NCBI GenBank assembly: GCA_963756875.1
Contig: CAVWPA010000003.1
Span: 1,664,001 to 1,728,000 of the forward strand
From: an uncultured Verrucomicrobiae bacterium
Lineage (GTDB): Bacteria; Verrucomicrobiota; Verrucomicrobiia; Chthoniobacterales; UBA10450
Direction of reading: 5' to 3'
Length of the DNA stretch: 64,000 nt
The translations under genes and the position numbers were made by a program. The notes under the pieces were generated by a model. That model was not told where the DNA came from. It did no database searches and saw only the letters and a program-made list of their open reading frames with translations. Positions 61,501 to 64,000 of the stretch are shown here, in pieces (position 1 is the stretch's first letter; each line of letters begins with the position of its first letter).

Positions 61501-61773
61501 CCAAACCCCGCCCGCTACAGCCCCGAAATAGTACTTATCCGGTTCATCGGAGATTCCCTCGATGGCGAGCGCGCGTCCACCGCGAAACGGTCCGACGAGC
61601 CGCCACTTCATTCCGTCGAACAAATTTTCGTTGATCGCGGGGGCGGGTGTCGCTTTAGGGGATGAAGCAATATGCGCGGGTTTTGGCGAGGGATTGGCAG
61701 CGAAAGCGGTCGCGCAAAATAAAGCGAACGTGGATAAGACAAGTGAAGGAAAGCGGCCGGCGGGCGTGTTCAT
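58567..61773 (-). CDS. Secreted VPS10/BNR (Asp-box) repeat protein, glycosyl hydrolase-like
   Basis: Signal peptide, WRLVGPFRGGR, many Asp-boxes, ATHGRS, helical C-terminus. Confidence 0.88.
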   Translation of the reverse strand: MNTPAGRFPSLVLSTFALFCATAFAANPSPKPAHIASSPKATPAPAINENLFDGMKWRLVGPFRGGRALAIEGISDEPDKYYFGAVAGGVWKTVDGGANWKPLFDKEPISSIGAIAVAPSDHNVIYVGTGEAAPRGNITYGTGVFKSVDGGKTWENVGLKDSHHIGALIVDPRNANVALVAALGHAFGPNKERGIFRTMDGGKTWTNVLSKDENTGGIDVVFDPHNPNIVFAALWQMRRQPWFFSSGGPGSGLYRSEDNGVTWKHLEGNGLPGGELGRIGVAVSGADSNRVYAIIEAKDGGLYRSEDGGEHWKRINSDGRFRQRAWYFSKVYADPKSVDAVYLLNTGLFRSVDGGKDFTLLPARHGDHHGLWIDPNNPDRIGNVSDGGASISTDGGKTWTRENNQPTAQFYHVAVDNAFPYHIYGAQQDNSNIGIASRSDSGVIGREDWFVAGDGECGFVVPDPRDWQIIYSNSEGYAVRYDKKKGEAQDISPVPLDNSGHPASDLVHRFQWVSPLMLSPHNPDVLYTAAECVFKSADHGHSWTQISGDLTRNDKNKQKPSGGPLTKDITSVEYYDTIFALAESSLKQGTIWAGTDDGLVQVTTDDGKNWSNVTPKMPEWSTVSLIEASPLDANTAYVAVDRHKLDDFKPYIFKTTNLGKTWTSIVNGIPEGAYVRAVREDPKKRGLLYAGTERGVFVSFDDGAHWEPLQLNLPQSPIRDLVVKDDDLVVATHGRSFWVLDDLTPLRQVSAQSAQADTLLYQPQTALRLHYPDEVDTRLPVGENPPAGAIIDYYFKTAPKGEVTLDILDSQGKIVRHFSSQEKNKNEQPPEWPDFLERAKTIPANAGMDRFAWDLRYDDPVQVPGAFYAGTGPRGPLAVPGDYQVKLTAGGKSQTVPLHLVTDPRTKGSEQAVQQQFALAMKVNDDISRLHGAINEIRQMEKEIKDLHTRFGYEENLKPALAAADDLDHKMSQVEEQLIQVDMKGSEANLAFPSMLNERFDAFSHIIEAGDTAPTQSQLNVFQMLNGKLGEQLKKWAELKSSEVPKVNGLIKDANLPALFVTEKIGQP

Positions 61774-61817
61774 CCGTGTAAGGTGGGAAGGTTGCAGCGT
61801 CCTTCAACTGGAATCAG

Positions 61818-62267
61818 CTAATCGGTGGGGCGCCGTAACGCGGGTGAAGGAGCGGCCGGGCTTTCAAATTCAGTCGAGCCGACTAATTGCTTCCCGGCCC
61901 GAGAGGCCTGTCGTCCTGCCTGTCGCGTCCGCGCCGCGAGAAGGTAGGCGAGAACCGCGTCGCGCTCGGCCGGTTTCAAATCAGCGCGAGGCGCCATTCC
62001 CCGAACGATGCGTGGCCAATCCGAAGCGCTATAACGCGAAGCCACGGGGAGAGTGTGGCATTCGATGCAGCGTGAAGCGAAGAGAACGCGGCCCTGGCGC
62101 AACGTAGCGAGATTGACACGCTGGCGCGCCGCCGCTTGCGACCATTCCGGTGTTACTGAAGGGGGCTTGTAACTTAGCGATTCACAACCAGCCAAAGCGG
62201 CGACGAAGTAAAGGCAGACGAGCATGCCGACGTGTCGCGCACATGCCGGCAATATGGCATTTCTCAT
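61818..62267 (-). CDS. Monoheme cytochrome c lipoprotein
   Basis: Lipobox LAGC, CIECH heme motif, distal Met in WPRIVRGM. Confidence 0.8.
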   Translation of the reverse strand: MRNAILPACARHVGMLVCLYFVAALAGCESLSYKPPSVTPEWSQAAARQRVNLATLRQGRVLFASRCIECHTLPVASRYSASDWPRIVRGMAPRADLKPAERDAVLAYLLAARTRQAGRQASRAGKQLVGSTEFESPAAPSPALRRPTD

Positions 62268-62286
62268 CCTGAGAGCGGTCATGTCG

Positions 62287-63126
62287 CTAAAACCCAAAGC
62301 CGAAGATCGTGCGGAGTTGCAGGTCCGGCTCGTCTGCCGTGCTGGTCGCTTGTGCAAGGGCGGTAATTGTCGCGAAACAGCGGCCATGACGGAGCGCGAT
62401 GTTCGGACCGAGGAAAATATTTCGCGTCCGCTGTTCGTCCCGCCATTCCGGAAACACGAACTCATGCAGCAGCTCGATTCCCACAGAGACGCACGGCGAA
62501 AGTTGATAACTCGCGCCCAGCGCCTGTTGCAACTCCCCGTTGCTCTCCTCGAGATGGCGTCCGTTCCATTCGGCTTCCATCGTCAGATTGTAATCGAGAA
62601 TCAGCGGCCCGAAATTTTTCTGGGCGATTAGTTTCGATTCCGATTCGAAATGCTGACGGCCTGCGCTGATTTCCTCATAAATAGAGATGCCGGCGGGATC
62701 GATGACCGGATTGCTGAAATTGTAAATGAGCTCTACAGCACCGCCGTCGTAGGAAACGCCGTCCTCATCGGCGTGGTTCGCGTCGCGATAAGACCAATCA
62801 AGAGGATAAAGTCCAATCTGGAAGTGGTCTGTGATTCCGATCTCCAATTCTTCCCGAAAACCCACTTCGTCCAGGCGGGTCGCGCCATCGTTGGTCCGCG
62901 CCCATGTGATCGTGTTCTCCGATTCGATGCTTCCCGGGGCCGAGGTCGGCGCTTCGTAGAGAAACGTAAAATGGCGCGCTCCAGCAAAAGCGGAAGCGGC
63001 CGATAACGTCAACAGGAAGGCGATGGCCGATAAAAAACCGATCCGAAATTCCGGGTGTTCCGCGATTGAGCGAGGCGCTCTTGCGGAAGACTTGGCGTTA
63101 GAGAAGGTCCGCCAAGTCCCGCTCAC
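62287..63126 (-). CDS. Putative outer-membrane beta-barrel protein
   Basis: Signal peptide, alternating amphipathic strands, C-terminal IFGFGF; GTGA overlap with the FTR1 gene. Confidence 0.7.
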   Translation of the reverse strand: MSGTWRTFSNAKSSARAPRSIAEHPEFRIGFLSAIAFLLTLSAASAFAGARHFTFLYEAPTSAPGSIESENTITWARTNDGATRLDEVGFREELEIGITDHFQIGLYPLDWSYRDANHADEDGVSYDGGAVELIYNFSNPVIDPAGISIYEEISAGRQHFESESKLIAQKNFGPLILDYNLTMEAEWNGRHLEESNGELQQALGASYQLSPCVSVGIELLHEFVFPEWRDEQRTRNIFLGPNIALRHGRCFATITALAQATSTADEPDLQLRTIFGFGF

Positions 63127-64000
63127 GAGACCGTTTCGAATCGTTCCGAAATGGCGGCGCGACGATTGGCAGCAGTGTCATCAGCCACGCCGGCCGCATT
63201 CTCTTCGGTTACGGGCGGCGCGGCAGCCTCGACAGTGTCTCCTGGTAAAGCGCTAAAGTGTCTGGCCGCGTAGTAAGAGCCGACGACAACAACCGCGGCG
63301 ATGAGTTGCGCGATCATCGTTTCGCGCGTGGGGAAGACCGCAAACCACATGCTGATCCATCCCGGGATCCGGTCTGCCAGCCAGGGAATTGGGGTTGTGG
63401 GAATCCAGTGGGCCAGCTGCATTTCCTGCGCTTGCTCGCCTACCATCACCAGCAAAACAACGCCGAGAAGAAGACCCGTCGTGATCAACATCTTTCGATA
63501 AGGAAGGCGTTGTTGAAGGACAAAGGTGAGCATCGCGACCATGCCTGAAAGGACGATGCCGAGCAGCGCGCCTTGCAGCACGACGCCTCCGCCCAGGCGC
63601 AAATTGTAGCTTTGAAGAAACAGGACGACCTCGAAGCCTTCGCGATAAAGCGAAGTGAAACCGAGCAGAATTAGCCCCCACCACAGGCGCGACCGTGTAA
63701 TCTCTTCCGCTCCCGCCCCTGCCAGGAGCGATTTTCGCCGGCGATTGTGCGCGCGAATCCAACCGCCCCAATAAATCTTGTGAAAGAACCAATTCATGAT
63801 CACGAGCAGCACAATCACTGCAAGCAATCCGGTCGCCGCTTGCAGATCGAGCGCCGGCATGTTGTCGCTGAGCGAACTGACGATTCGTACCGCGACCACC
63901 CATGTGACCAGAGTCGCTGCGAAGGCAATGCCCGCACCGGCTGCGACGGGACGACGATATGCGCGTTTGACCCCGGTCATGCTCGCGGTGATCGCGGCCA
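63123..64000 (-). CDS. FTR1/EfeU family iron permease (5' end beyond window)
   Basis: YREGFEVVLF (RExxE) motif, multi-TM; frame open to the window edge. Confidence 0.85.
   Translation of the reverse strand, partial: AAITASMTGVKRAYRRPVAAGAGIAFAATLVTWVVAVRIVSSLSDNMPALDLQAATGLLAVIVLLVIMNWFFHKIYWGGWIRAHNRRRKSLLAGAGAEEITRSRLWWGLILLGFTSLYREGFEVVLFLQSYNLRLGGGVVLQGALLGIVLSGMVAMLTFVLQQRLPYRKMLITTGLLLGVVLLVMVGEQAQEMQLAHWIPTTPIPWLADRIPGWISMWFAVFPTRETMIAQLIAAVVVVGSYYAARHFSALPGDTVEAAAPPVTEENAAGVADDTAANRRAAISERFETVS

Overview
A gene-dense, moderately GC-rich bacterial core-genome segment. Gene content and protein style suggest Verrucomicrobiota, probably Chthoniobacterales (inference, no search run). It carries translation and replication genes (rpmI, rpmH, tRNA-Lys, prs-rplY-pth-rpsF-ssb, dprA-topB-nrdR, gyrB-gyrA, rlmN, ybeY-clpS). 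Metabolic genes include ndh, panE, a treS-maltokinase fusion, fabI, nadE, psd-pssA and a kynurenine cluster without kynU. There is also an ECF sigma/anti-sigma operon, two VPS10/BNR-repeat secreted proteins, and the end of an FTR1 iron-permease/beta-barrel/cytochrome c operon. I saw no prophage, CRISPR array, transposase or defence island. The most notable signals are five. (1) An apparent degenerate ATP-cone protein is coupled to nrdR, with NrdR-box-like sites at nrdR and gyrB. (2) Six +1 frameshifts fall at only two palindromes (AGTACT three times, GATC three times), most simply read as a methylation footprint in long-read consensus errors. (3) Many GTAG-type REP elements are present, six of which supply gene stop codons. 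(4) Hairpins and tracts built from 6-, 7- or 8-nt periodic units recur in intergenic gaps. (5) Several small ORFs and gene remnants are missing from the ORF track. All product calls come from recognising motifs by eye.
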